Of a stretch of DNA of 64,000 nt, positions 1-18,634 are shown one piece after another. The notes under the pieces are model-generated. The model worked only from the letters and a program-made list of their open reading frames with translations, had not been told where the DNA came from and did no database searches. The position numbers were made by a program, and so were the translations under genes. This DNA is from Octopus vulgaris (Eukaryota), in contig OX597822.1 of assembly GCA_951406725.2 (NCBI GenBank), positions 69,316,001-69,380,000 on the forward strand, written 5' to 3'. Within the stretch, counting starts at the first letter, position 1; every line of letters starts with the position of its first letter.

Positions 1-78
1 ATCTATCTATTCATCTACATACATACACACACACAGACACACACAGAGACACACACACAGACATACACACAGACACAG

Positions 79-109
<31 letters not shown>

Positions 110-879
110 TACACGTTTGTGTGTGTGTGTGTGTGTGTGTGTTTGTTTACTATCAAGTAATCTATTGTCTTAGACAATTTAAAAGGCGCAACACAAATTT
201 GGCAAGACTTTTCTTAAACCATCAATTGCTAGCAGGCCAGACGCTGATCTTGTGTTTATAGGCCGTATGCTATCTTTCTTTTTATTTATTTATTCAAAAC
301 TACACATTAAACGCCATCGAATACTGGGACTTGATAATAAAATAAACAAAAGATACACAATTACTTTTAAAGAAGGAAGAGTTGCCTCCCCTGACATAGA
401 ATTTTCACTAAGCCACATTTCTCCCTCCAATTAAAATGATATTATTATGTCATCGGTACTTAATTTATCGGTCACAGATTCGACTATTCATCGACCTTAT
501 ATACACATAATTAGATGTCCACTTCCATAGGAAAGGTAACTAATTTGTTCAATCCAATATTTAATGTTAATCTTCAAATCTGAATTTATCAAGGGAATAA
601 CACAACATAAGCATTAACGTCTATCATACATATTCCTACCAACCTATAAACCTACATCCTACATACCTAGCGACATAAATACCCACGTACTTACCTGCCT
701 GCCTGCCTACATTACCTACATACGCTCATATATATATATATACATGTATATATACATATAACCTACATATATATATATAACCTACATATTATATCAATTA
801 TGCATTGATATAAATTGTTCAATAAAGCCAGAAACATATGTACCACAAAACCCTTTGCACCCTGTTTTTCTTTTGATAA

Positions 880-919
<40 letters not shown>

Positions 920-925
920 TATGTG

Positions 926-956
<31 letters not shown>

Positions 957-1320
957 GTGTGTGTATACACATATACATTATATGAGTGTGTGTGTGTTAA
1001 GTCACGTGGCTTAGTGAATAGGGCAATCGGCTCACAACCGTAAGGTCATGAGTTCGATTCCCGGTGGCTCGCTTTGTCCTTCAGCAAGACACTTTATTTC
1101 GCCTTGAACCAGTCCAATCAGCTGGCAAAAATGAGCAGTACCTGTATTTTAATCTGCCAGCCACATTACATTTTGTGTCAAGCTGAATCTTTTTCGGAAC
1201 TACATTACGGGTACGCATGTCTGTGGGGTGCTCAGCCACTTGCACGTTAATTTCACGAGTAGGATGTTCCGTGGATCGAATCATCTGAAACCCTCGTCGT
1301 CATAACCGACGGGCTGCCAG

Positions 1321-1378
<58 letters not shown>

Positions 1379-1638
1379 GTATGTGTGCGTTTTTGTAATA
1401 CATACATGCTTTTTCTTTTATTCGTTTCAGTCATTTGACTGCGGCCATGCTGGAGCACAGCCTTTAGTTGAACAAATCGACCCCAGTACTTATTCTTTTA
1501 TAAGCCTAGTACTTAATCTATTGGTCTATTTTTCCGAATCGCTAAGTTACGGGGACATAAACACACCAGCATCGGTCCCCAAGCGATGCTGGGGGACAAA
1601 CACACACACACACACACATATATATGTATGCATCTACG

Positions 1639-1718
<80 letters not shown>

Positions 1719-1720
1719 CA

Positions 1721-1780
<60 letters not shown>

Positions 1781-2057
1781 GTAAAATCATTAATAATTTT
1801 TATCAAGTGGTCAGGGCGGAAATAAAAACCTCATAGGTAAATGTTAATTTTTCATAATTATATACATAATTATAACAAGAGATTGGTTTGTGCCTCACCA
1901 CGCACTGAAAAACAGACGTCGATATTCTATCACCGCCATAAATTCTCGGAGAATTTATGGTGGTAATAGTGTCTTCCGACGTCTATGTTTCAGTGCGTGG
2001 TGAGGCGCAAGCCTAGCCCTTGTTATAATTATGCATATTATTATTATTATTATTATT

Positions 2058-4198
<2,141 letters not shown>

Positions 4199-4571
4199 CA
4201 AATTTACAGGCACAACATAAGGCAAATTTAGAATCAGTAGGGTATATAATACCACTTGCTAAAATCAGAGCCAACGCTCCAAATCCCACCATGAACTCGC
4301 AATAAAGATACACAAGAGCATTGCAATGAACATATTAGAAATACGCTTAGCTTTGCGTTGTATCCAACAGTAAGTAATGTAGAGCCCATGTGTATCTTTA
4401 TTGTGAGTTTATGGTGGGTTTTGGGGCTTTGGCTCTGGACTTTAGCAAGTGGTATTATATACCCTACTTATTCTAAATTTGCCTTATGTTGAGCCTGTAA
4501 CAGTATGAACTTGCTGAGCACCTTATTATTACCTTATTAATACCATTAATAACTGTTAAACTACTTCATTA

Positions 4572-4626
<55 letters not shown>

Positions 4627-4631
4627 TACAT

Positions 4632-4682
<51 letters not shown>

Positions 4683-4687
4683 TACAT

Positions 4688-4745
<58 letters not shown>

Positions 4746-5262
4746 GCATACATACATACATACATACATACATACATACATACATGCATACATACATACA
4801 TACACAGCAAAATAACCCCAACAACACCCGCAGCGATTATAAAGTGTTTACATAGTTTGAAATTCGTAGAGTAAAATTATTTATTACATATCTAAATAGC
4901 ATTAGTCTTCACATAAATAGTTTACAACTTACGCATCGTCATTATTATTACAAACTGTAAATCGATTCCAGTGTTCCGGAATCAACATTTGAATCTCTAT
5001 CACATTATCTGTCCAAGTTTCGTTCAATAGAGAGCTTTATCTACAAGTCTCATTCAAGTGCAGCGATAATTATTTTCGGTTAATTGATAAAACCTTTATG
5101 AAAGTTCTTTGGATTGTGGAAAATAACTTTGAAGAAATATGTGTCACGCATATAAAGTTATAAATAGGTTATTTCTCACATTTCTCACATTTCTCACAAA
5201 TGGTAATTTAATATACAGATTGAATAGTTTCACAGGAACTTTATATGTGTGTGCATGCATGT

Positions 5263-7380
<2,118 letters not shown>

Positions 7381-7418
7381 AATGTATAAATAAATAACAA
7401 GTGATGGATAGATGTCAC

Positions 7419-7502
7419 TTCATTACAGCTGTTTCTAACGAATTTTTTAATTGATTAATGAGTACATTATCTCATTATAAAAAACCGTTTTCCTCGGATG
7501 AA
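7419..7502 (-). ncRNA. Type I hammerhead ribozyme, long stem II, palindromic stem III
   Basis: Minus strand UUCAU-CCGAGGA-A-AACGGUUUUUUA..hairpin..UAAAAAAUUCGUU-A-GAAAC-AGCU-GUA-AUGAA. Stem I is 5 bp, stem III is ACAGCUGU, core has a U4C variant. Confidence 0.72.
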
Positions 7503-9057
7503 TACACGAATTTTATAATTAAGTACATTGAAAAATATATGTTCATATTTGGTGTTTCCACGTTCGACTTTTTAACTTTATTTTAAACATTTACATAATG
7601 GATGTCGATAACTTATCAACGATTCCATGAAGGGGTTAATGATATATGAAGATTGCTAACCCCTCGTTTAGAATATTTGTTTGCTATTTCTAGCGAGTCA
7701 AGTTACCACTTATAGGACTCGCTTGTTAGTTTATCAACATGAGGTTATAGTAAAAATTCAATTGCTGAGAAGTTTCTGCGCTATTTGTTCGAACCCGGAA
7801 CTCTGTTGAAGCGAGGCGAAACACAAAGTCAGGTTTTCGTTTTCATGTGTATTAGTATAAATCTTCCGGAACTGGCATTCACAAAATCAGGAAGGACTTT
7901 TGTAATTCTCAAATCACAGATTCGAGTCACTGAATAATTTCATGGTTTTCCCTGTTTGGTAAAAGATTTCATTTCGTAGAATAGAGTTCCTATAACCCGG
8001 TTTCGTGTACATACATTAAAATAATTCAATGATTAAGCTTTGACAGCGTAAATCGGTTTTACCCAACGGCTTTGGGAAAAAAAAACTGCTCTTTATGCCA
8101 CAGAAGCGGAGACACTCCCAATGAAACATTTTGTAGAAGGAAATTTTTCAAATTTTCCGAATTTTTCACATATTTCATCAAATATCTCTTTAGAGAGCAA
8201 GAATTAAATACCATTATTCTATGCTAACATAGTTAATTTTGTCAAGCTCCCTTTTCAGTTTGTAAGATAGAAATTTAAATGTAATAAAATGTTTTAAAAG
8301 AATTTTAAAGTGCCTATGTGATAACTGTAAACCTACTTTTGGACCAGTCTGTATGTATATTTTCTTGCAGAAGGAAATGCTTAATCGGTGAATTATTTTC
8401 AACAAAAAAACTAGACAGAATAAAACTCGTTCTGTAGTTTGGTGATTACCTGTTACATAACTCCCAACTAGACATACCAGAACATGAAAACATATCACAT
8501 AACTATAAAAATGAAAAACAAAAACAAAACTAAAATCAAGCATATTCATTTAACTTTTAATCAATCTAAATTTCGGTGAACGTTCTTCGTTTAAAATTGT
8601 TTTAATTTACGTTTCGAAGTTCTCTCCCTTGCCTTATGACTCTCTCTACGGGCAAGCTAGGCCGCTCTGAAAGTGTAAATAAACGACTGCTTGTGCACTT
8701 CAAAGAGATATTACTATTATGAGAAAAAAAATGAAAATATTCCAAGATATTTAGTTGTAAAGATGATAGGCCAGACATTTGTGAATATGTACGTATGTCA
8801 TATAATCCTTACTACTGGAGGCACAAGGCCTCAGATTTGGGGAGAGGGGACTAGTCGGTTACATCGACCCCAGTACACAACTGGCACTTAATTTATCGAC
8901 CCGAAAGGCAAAGTCAAGCTTGGCGGAATTTGAGCTCAGACTTATTGTCATATAATACGAACACAAACAGACAATGCCGTTCGTGTATGTGAAATTAAGA
9001 ATTTGCCGTGTATATCGGTGACCAGGTAATGGTATAATGCAAAAAATATATATATAT

Positions 9058-9452
9058 AAGCGCAGGAGTGGCTGTGTGGTAAGTAGCTTGCTTACCAACT
9101 ACATGGTTCCGGGTTTAGTCCCACTGCGTGGCACCTTGGGCAAATGTCTTCAACTATAGCCTCGGGCCGACCAAAGCCTTGTGAGTGGATTTGGTAGACG
9201 GAAACTGAAAGAAGCCCGTCGTATATATGTATGTGTGTGTGTGTGGGGGGGGGTGTATGTTTGTGTGTCCCACCAACATCGCTCGACAACCGATGGTGGT
9301 GTGTTTACGTCCCCGTAACTTAGCAGATCGGTAAAAGAGACCGATAGAATAAGTACTAGGCTTACAAAGAATAAGTCCTGGGGTCGATTTGCTCGACTAA
9401 AGGCGGTGCTCCAGCATGGCCACAGTCAAATGACTGAAACAAGTAAAAGAGT
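9058..9452 (+). mobile_element. tRNA-derived SINE family B (gcgcaggagtggctgtgtggtaag...)
   Basis: A/B-box-like head (tggctgtgtggt; ggttcagtccc), conserved body gccttgtgagtggatttggtagacggaaactg, internal microsatellite. Other copies at ~21010-21475(+), 23815-24320(+), 1410-1620(-), 11665-12055(-), 32455-32905(-), 51310-51712(-). Confidence 0.85.
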
Positions 9453-9739
9453 ATATAAACTTGAATTTTGAAATGTTGCTTCAAAGAGAAAAGAAATTTG
9501 ACTCAGTGGAAATTTCTAATGACCTACATTAAACAAAACCAGTTAAAGTAGTAAAATAAGTTTGCATGGTGTTATTATGAATTACCGCCGTATATGTATT
9601 GGTGGTATAAGTCACTTATAACTACTACTATTATTATTATTATTTCAGTTCTTTGCGCCCTGAATTCAGATCCCACCGAGGGGAGGTCAACTTTGTTTTT
9701 CGTCATTCTAGTGAAGATAATATAATAATAATGAAATTA

Positions 9740-10230
9740 TTGTATACTGTGCTCAGGTGCACCACAACTTGTCAAAAGTGCGAATAAAGCATATGCAGTA
9801 ATGTACAAATGTCTGGGAAGTGAACAGTGTATGAGTCAGATACATGCTTGCATGTGTATGGAGGGGAGAAAATCAGGTGTAGTGTTGGCGAATCTCAGGA
9901 AGTATGGAAGTTGTGAAGGATGCAGTGCTCCGACAACTAACAACTGATGCCGGCAGTTTGTTCCATACTTCAGCAACACTTAGCGTGAAAAATTGTTAGT
10001 CAGATGGTAAATAATTTTATGGGTGTCTGCCAAGTCAGCTGCCAGACGTCGGAGTTTCAATGTATCCATGCCCAGGGAAGTAAGGCGTTCAGAATATGGC
10101 AAATGCCTGATGGAGAGTATTCTCTTGGTTGCACGTCGCTGAAAGGTTTCCAGACGATTAATATCCTGGGCAAGAAAGGGGTTCCAGACCGGTGATGCAA
10201 ATTCCAGGTGAGGCCGCACCATAGCTGATA
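9740..10230 (-). mobile_element. CR1-group LINE 3' fragment
   Basis: ORF 9980-10222 VRPHLEFASPVWNP...LETFQRRATK..YSERL...LRRL matches the CR1 RT C-terminal region; continues into a WN.LP-like segment and 3' UTR. Confidence 0.8.
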
Positions 10231-10656
10231 AAAGGGAATGCCAATCAAATATTGGAATCGATGGCGCTGACTATATTCTCTCTTCTCAAAATTGTGCTTC
10301 ATTTTTTTCTTTTTTCAATATCTGAAATTTTTTATGAGGTGTTCTTCGATTAAATCGACCGAGACGTTCCATTGGTACTTGTTTATAACCCAAAATGGAT
10401 GAAAAAGCAAAGCCAATCTCAGCGGAATTTGAACTCAGAGTCTAAAGCGAAGGAAATAGCCGCTAAGCATTTTTGTCAAGTGGGTTAACGACTCAGCCAG
10501 CTGACATATGCTGAACAGAAGCGACATTGGTTCATTGCAATTCTGTCGGCAAGTGTAACAAGTGTCTCCTCGCGGCAGAATAAACATCACAGAAATTTTG
10601 AAGGAAAAGTACACTCTTTTCAATTTTCTCTGTTGCGATTTTTACATACTTCGAAG

Positions 10657-10696
<40 letters not shown>

Positions 10697-10738
10697 GCGC
10701 TCTCTCTCTCACACACACACACACACATATATGCGCTC

Positions 10739-10769
<31 letters not shown>

Positions 10770-10805
10770 CAGACGCGTATATATACTTACACATACACAC
10801 ATGCG

Positions 10806-10845
<40 letters not shown>

Positions 10846-13623
10846 CTTACACAAGCACATACATGTATATATACATACTCAGGTGTGAAGGTGCGTAGAC
10901 TAGTGGTTATGGTGTTGCACTCACGATTGTTAGATAATGAATTCGATTCTCGGAACAAGCGGTGCGTTGTGTGCTTGAGCAAGACACTTCCTTTCACACT
11001 GTTCCAGTTCCACTCAGCAGTCAATGGGTAAAATCTATGACGGAATATTCTTCCGAACCAGGAGAATGCTGGCCTGCTCGCGGAACCAGCGGAGTATCGC
11101 CACTCGAAAGCTAAAACAATGCGAAACGCATTGTGACTAGCGATGTGTAACAACATCCTACACGTGAGATATACAGGAACATAACGAGCTTCCCCAAGTT
11201 TCCATCAACCTAATACTACTCATACGGTGTTGATTATCATCTTTATATTATTTATTCATCAAATTTCGTCTGTCCTTACGTTCTGAGTTCAAATTCCGCC
11301 GAAGTCGACTTCGCTTTTAATCCTTTTGGAGTCAATAAATTAAGTACCAGTTGCATACTGTGGTCGATCTAATCAACTGCCCTTCCCCACCAAAAGAAAA
11401 CTTCGAGTCTTGTGCCTAGAGTAGAAAAGATACTTGCCCAAGGTTTTGTGCAATAGAATCTAACTGGGGAGTACACGACTATGAACCAGAATTTTGTATT
11501 AACTCGGAACATGAAAATTACACAACACACATTTGTGTGCCACTGAACTATGGCACACATATGTGTTGTGTAAAACCTGTAATTAAAGAACCTACGCTTA
11601 TCAGCACTAACCTAAACTCCGTAACAAGGGAATTTGAGGAGTTAGTAATAATCATTTATCTGTCATCTTTTAGTTTTTTCAGTCATTGGACAGCAGCCAA
11701 AATGCCGTTATTATTTTTTTATGTCCGGTTCTTATTCTATCTCTTTCGACAAACCGCTACATAATGGGAGAGTAAACTAATCAACACCGGTTGTAAAGCA
11801 GTAGAGACGGGGGTAAACACAGACACAAAGCCACACACCCATACGTACACACATACGCACACACATGCACACACACGCACACTCACACATATGTATGATG
11901 GGCTTCAACAGAGTTTCTGTCTACCAAATTCACTCAGAAGGCATTGATCGGAGTTATAGTGGAAAAAAAAATTGCCCAAGATGCCGCGCAGTGGGACTGA
12001 ACTCAAAACCGCGTGGTTGCAAAGCGAGAGTCTTAACCATACATCCATGCCTGCGTAGTACTGACAACCATTTAGTTGACGCCTGAGGCCGGTGGGAAGC
12101 AGAGGAAAGAGGAAGGTATCCTTAAACCGAAGGCTTCATCCGAATGCTTGCAACAGAGCAGACATAGTTAAAGGCAGCCAGGGCGCTGTGTGGATGTTTT
12201 AAACCCGGTGATAAATTAAATCGGATCAAATACTTCAAGGCATCCGATCCAATGTTATTACCATTCCGCCAACCTACCGCCCTACATGGATACATTTTTT
12301 TTTATCGAAACCTGAAAGAATGATAGGCAAAGTCGACTTCGGCTGGATTTGAATTCAGAGAGCAGAAGATCAGTGGTATAACTAGAGTGTGTGAGGCTCG
12401 ACACAGCCCTCGAGTTTACCGCTCTGCTATTACCGGGCTGTCAATCTTGTGTAAGCTTATACAGGGAACCCAAAAATGCAGACCGGGGTACACTGCAGCA
12501 GAGGACTTGAAGAAATAACGCAAAGTATTCTACCTGAAGCTTCTAACAATCCTGCCAATTCGCTACCTAGTTGTAAAGTTGTAGACAAACATCCTGCTAT
12601 GAAAAGTTATTTATGAAATAAAGTTTAAATATGCTACTACTACGATATGCATCGTCTTTACCTTTCCACAAATTTCAATTATATGAGATTGTTGGAATTA
12701 TCTCCCTTGTCTTTTTTTTTACCTTGTTAGAGTTTAAATACCCTCCTTTAAAATTTTATGTACGAATTACAAAGATCGTCTCAGTAGTGAGATTCTATTT
12801 TCAAGCAAGTGTTGTGTTTCATGTGTTTTATTGAGGCTGTTTAGCCCCGGTCCAATCCAGTTTGAAAAACCTGCCCGCAAAAGCAGTTTGGCAATATCTA
12901 TCCTATTTATTATTTTCTTTTCAGTTGTACGGCTTCCTTATGTTTTTCTTAAGCAAATACCTCAAAGTATAACACACTATCATTTTCCCTCGCCCTTCTC
13001 TATGTTGTTATTATCGTTGTTGTTGTTTTGACTTTGGTCAACCCATCTGTTTTTTTAGGACGGTAGGGTGTGAATTTGAGAGGAAATTGTTTGCTACTGG
13101 AGTCACGCGACTACAAAGAGCGGTAATGACGAATCTATGAAACGCGTGTGATTACAAACGTAGATGTTGGTTGTGAAATGCTACGGATTTTTAGGTGTCA
13201 CGCGATGGACTATGTAAAGGAAAAACAATATATAATATTCTTTACAATATCATGCTATACAAAAGCTTATCTATAAATGTTTACATAAAGGTAAACTACT
13301 TGTATACACGTATGTAACACTACGATAAACCGGATCATTAAAGCAATAAAAATGTAAACATGCCGTGCGAAAAACGTCCGCCATCACTGATATAGGCGTT
13401 TTCTTTGTTGGTTCCTAGCAGTCCAGTTTTTTTTTTTTTCTGCAGACATTGACCCTGAAGATTTCAAGTCTGACTTCTACTATATCGAACACCTGTCAGT
13501 TTGACAACGATGACAAAGGTTAAAAAGCAATTCTACCCTTCCTTTCGACTAATTCACAAACACTCACAGGAAACTTCAGTGTTTGCCACGAGTACCTATT
13601 CAACAGTGCATTAGCCTCATCTA

Positions 13624-13825
<202 letters not shown>

Positions 13826-14585
13826 AAACACCAACATCACTATCATCACCACAAGAACCACTTACCACAACCGCCATCTACACCACTCCCACCACCTTTA
13901 TCTCCATCATTACCTGTCTACCACTACCACACCATCACCACCACCACCACCACTACCAGTTACTGCAATACAACGGATAACGAGAGAACTGCTATGTGGT
14001 CACTCGACCTGCAAGAAATAGCAACCAAAAATCTCCCTTGAACAAAATCCTAGAGTTTTACAGACACTTTGAATTATGCAGTCTTCTGTACATAGGGTAA
14101 AAGACGGGATGGTCGCTGTTGGAATGCCTTCGATCATAGCCGGCTCAATCTGGTCTAACCGGAAACTAAAAACAAAACAATAAAATCTATTAAAATGCAA
14201 CGACACTGCCTCTACCACTTTCAATAACAATAGCTTAATACCATCGTTATCATTACAATAACAATAACGGCAACAACAAAAGTCACGAGGCAAAAACATG
14301 TGAAGACAAAAACAATAAGAATTGCTCATTGGACAATGGTGTTTTCTTCGTATATTTTAATTTTAATGTCTCAATACACATTGACATACGCCAGCGCTCG
14401 CACACACATATAATCTACTCTGATAAGTGCCAACGCATGAAATTCTCGTTCCTTGAGTCACTCTGTTACTATTAATAAAAAAATATACAGATACTCATAT
14501 TTTGAGTCCTATTTTTCCTGTTTGCATTACCATACCTGTGTGTATATGTGTGTGTGTGTATACATACACACACATGCACTCTCTC

Positions 14586-15066
14586 TTAATCCCTTTTGCC
14601 CCTTGCGAAGCATAGGGCCTCAGCAGTTGTTTTCCATTTTTTGCGGTCTTTGGCTTGTTTCTTGGCTGCTTCCCATGTCAGGCCGGTGGTCCTGAGCTCG
14701 TCCAAAATGCTCCGCTTCCATGTCTGCTTCAGGCGTCCTCGCTTCCTTTTCCCCTGCGGGTTCCAGTCAAATGCTTGTCGTGTCACATTTGAGTGTTCTT
14801 TCCGCAGTGTGTGTCCGATCCATCTCCATTTCCTTCGTCTAATCTGAACATGTATGGGCTCCTGGCTGGCCCTTTCCCACAGGTCGGTGTTTGGCACTCT
14901 GTCGAACCACTTCAGATGGAGGATCTGCCGGAGACATTTGTTGATGAAGGTCTGGATCTTCTCGTAGTTGCTACAGGTGGCTCTCCATGTTTCAGAGCCA
15001 TACAAAAGCACAGATTTTACGTTTGAACTAAATAAGCGGAGTTTAGTTCGAGTTGAGATGGCAAGA
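14586..15066 (-). mobile_element. RTE-clade LINE 3' fragment
   Basis: TKLRLFSSNVKSVLLYGSETW...CLRQIL...RWIGHTLRK...WNPQGKRKRGR is the typical RTE ORF C-terminus. Confidence 0.9.
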
Positions 15067-16502
15067 CACATATATATAATATCCTTTTAATTTTTTTTTT
15101 TTTTGGGGGGGGGGGAAATGCCTCCGAATGCTGTCGTAAAAATATTTATCTATTATCTATATATCTATCTCTCTGATAAGTTAAGATAGCCAACTGAGCT
15201 TTCCTAATTTGTGGACAATATAAATATCCTTAGGTTAAGCATCGATGCAACCAGAAACCATTCGTGCAAAATTCCTGATGAAGTATGCACATGAAGTAAT
15301 GAACTTCCGTAAGATTCATAGATATTATGAATAATATTTAACTAGCGGGATCCGTGAATATTTCACGGAATTAATAGTAAACCTACTGGGTTATTCCTGA
15401 AAACTTTATTTAAAAAAACCTGAAATCGTAGTCTGTGTTTTGTATGAATCAAAAGTGATGTATCATTGAAAAGTGAACGAAATTGGAATACGATGTTTAC
15501 TTAATGCGCTTTATATATACATTTTATATATTTTATACACAATTTTATAGACGGGTCGTCGGCGACTAAACTGGCAACCCCATCAAGCTTGCTTGGTGAG
15601 GAGGGTGATTGTTGGACACCCTGAGGGACGAAAAATAAGACCCGACAAAAGGCGGAGGAACTACAGTGTAGTCAACGGCCAATTCAACAAGTATATTGTC
15701 GCGGTGAAGTGCCTGTGTGCTCCATCGACCGGGAGGGCTATGCTGAAGGGAGAGAAATCTTCAGGCAGGTATTACCAAGCCAGACAGGTCGAAGGGTAGG
15801 AGACAGACAAAAATCTTAATGCCAATAAATCGAAGTGTCGGTAGCAGGACGTCGATTTATTTATCGGTAGGACCTAACAGATCAGATTCCTGGCTTATGA
15901 GACTCTAATATTCATAGTTAGATGGCAACTTCGGGACCACATAGAGCAGCGCCCTATGACTCCTATAGTATGCACAACCGAAACCCCTATGAATGGGCGT
16001 TCTATGGGACGATCTAGATGAGATAATAGGCGGAAAAATAAGAGTGAATATTTCTCTTAAAAGAAATATTTCTCTTTAAAAAAATATTCTTATTTTTCCA
16101 TTTTCCTCATAAACAAAAAAAAACATTAAAAAATTTACATGGTCACAATTTCATATTTAGAGAGCAAATATTTTCTAATAAAAAAAATATATAAAATATA
16201 AGGGTCACAATTTAACGGGGGTAAAAATTTAATGCAACATGGCATACTCTGAAAACTACATCGCTGGCAACTTATAAGCCAAGGCGATGGGTGAGAGCCA
16301 ATACACATTTCAATTTGTAGGTGATATAAAAAAACTCAGTTCAGTTGACAACAAAAAAAAACACCTTTCACTAGGCACTCATCATCGCCACCTCTACCAC
16401 ATTGGCTGTGAGAATATTATCACAGACAAACATGTGTTATCCAGAAACGTATGCTGTAATAGATTAATAAAATATATTTCCGTCCAAAATATTTTCGTTA
16501 TT

Positions 16503-16590
<88 letters not shown>

Positions 16591-17056
16591 AAGAAAAACA
16601 CGAAGACGAGGTAAAAAGAAGCAAACAGGTTGTATTAGACTGACGCTCAGGAAAGTTGGAAGAAGTCTTTAATGTTTCGAGCTTCCACTCTTCTACGGAG
16701 ATAATAGCTGAGGAAAGAAAAAAAAAATGGAGAGAAAATAACAAACTGGTCTGAATTAAATGGACACCGTATGGTGAACTGACCGGAAAAAGAATCAATG
16801 GGGTTGATACGTGACTAGGAAAGGAGACAACAGTAACCTAGTATGTCGTGCGTATGTTTGCGTGTGAGTCTATTTGACGTTCCTATCTGTATACAAACAG
16901 GCACACAGACACACACACATATATGAGTAAGCACATAAATGCAAAACAATGTGGAAAAAATAGCACTCGAATACCGAAGGCAGAGTAATATGTTGTTTTA
17001 TTAAAGATGCTGTGAAATTTTAACAGCTTTAATAAAAAAGCACACACACACACACA

Positions 17057-17106
<50 letters not shown>

Positions 17107-17368
17107 ATAATATTAGGGAGTAAATCCAAACTTACAGGGAAAAATTAGATTTAGGATTAAATCTAATTTTATAGTATAAATATATATTATATTAAATTAG
17201 AGATAAAACCACCATTAGTCAAATCAAAAATCATAAGCCAATACATAGGAATAAAATTATTTAAAAAAAAATTAAATATAAAATATAAAGAATATAAAAT
17301 TCCAAATTAAAATATTTAAATTAAAGTAAAAACTTTAAAATTATTTAAATAATTAAACTTATAAATTT

Positions 17369-17437
<69 letters not shown>

Positions 17438-17786
17438 ATTATTATTATTATTTTATTTATTTATTTATTTATTTATTTTAAATCAAACAGTGAAAATCAT
17501 AAGCCAATAAATAGAAATAAAATTATTTAAAAAAAATATAAAATATAAAATATAAAGAATATAAAATTCCAAATTAAAATATTTAAGTTAAAGTAAAAAT
17601 TTAAAAATTATTTAAATAATTAAACTTATAAATTTTAAATATATATATATATATATATATATATTATTATTTTATTTTATTTATTTATTTTTTTTTTTAA
17701 TTATATAACTATCAAAAAGTATTAAAAGTTTAATATAAGATAAAGAGTAAAAACACTACGATCGTAGTGTTTTTACTCTATGTATG

Positions 17787-17868
<82 letters not shown>

Positions 17869-18634
17869 CAATGAGTGTATGTATATATACATATTGACAT
17901 ATATGCATATTCACTTCAACCGGAACCAGGAACAGGAATTCAGCGCTCTAGGACAGTTGTACAATGAGCGCACACCCAACTTTACAGCGTGATCTCGTTT
18001 CACTCAAACTTTTATTCACAATCAACTTTTGTTTTCTGTCTTACAAATGTTCAATGTGACCACCACCTGCAACACGGGCAACATCAAAGCGACTAGAGAA
18101 TTCCTCTCGGACGCATATCACGACCCACTGAGTTTAAGGTGTGGCGGTCATTCAAAACTTCGAAAACTCCACCACCACCCACTAACCTCGATGACCTTAA
18201 ACATCGAATTACATGTGGTGGCCACATTGAACATTTGTAAGACAGGAAATAAAAGTTGACTGTGAGTAAATATTTGTGACTTAGCTGGAGTTTTCTATTG
18301 TTTTTCCTTATTATAACAATCAAAACTCTTATTAATAAGAGTTTTGACTGTTATTTCAAGCAGACAGACATACTTACTATGTCCTTTGATTAATTTTAAT
18401 CCCTCAGCTATTTAATGCTATTTTTGGCCTGCTATCGCCTGTGTCATTGGTTCTGTTATTATCATTTTTTAAATAGTTACATTGGATAATAATAGAATTA
18501 ATGACACCTTCGCAAATCAATATATATATATATATATATCTGGCGACCCGGGCAGTTGGGTTGTTAGGGCTTAGCCCGAGTATAAATTTAACAAAGTGAT
18601 AGTGTATTTCAATGCTGATTTAATTTCTGACAGT

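Noticed and set aside
7800-8351. Tc1/mariner element with end cagactggtccaaaagtaggtttacagtt (minus)
   Set aside because: Only one TIR-like end and no recognisable catalytic motif; not enough to annotate.
15553-15815. HDV-like ribozyme in a GC-richer, RTE-5'-UTR-like segment
   Set aside because: gggtc/gaccc pairing exists, but the nested double pseudoknot and catalytic C context could not be built.
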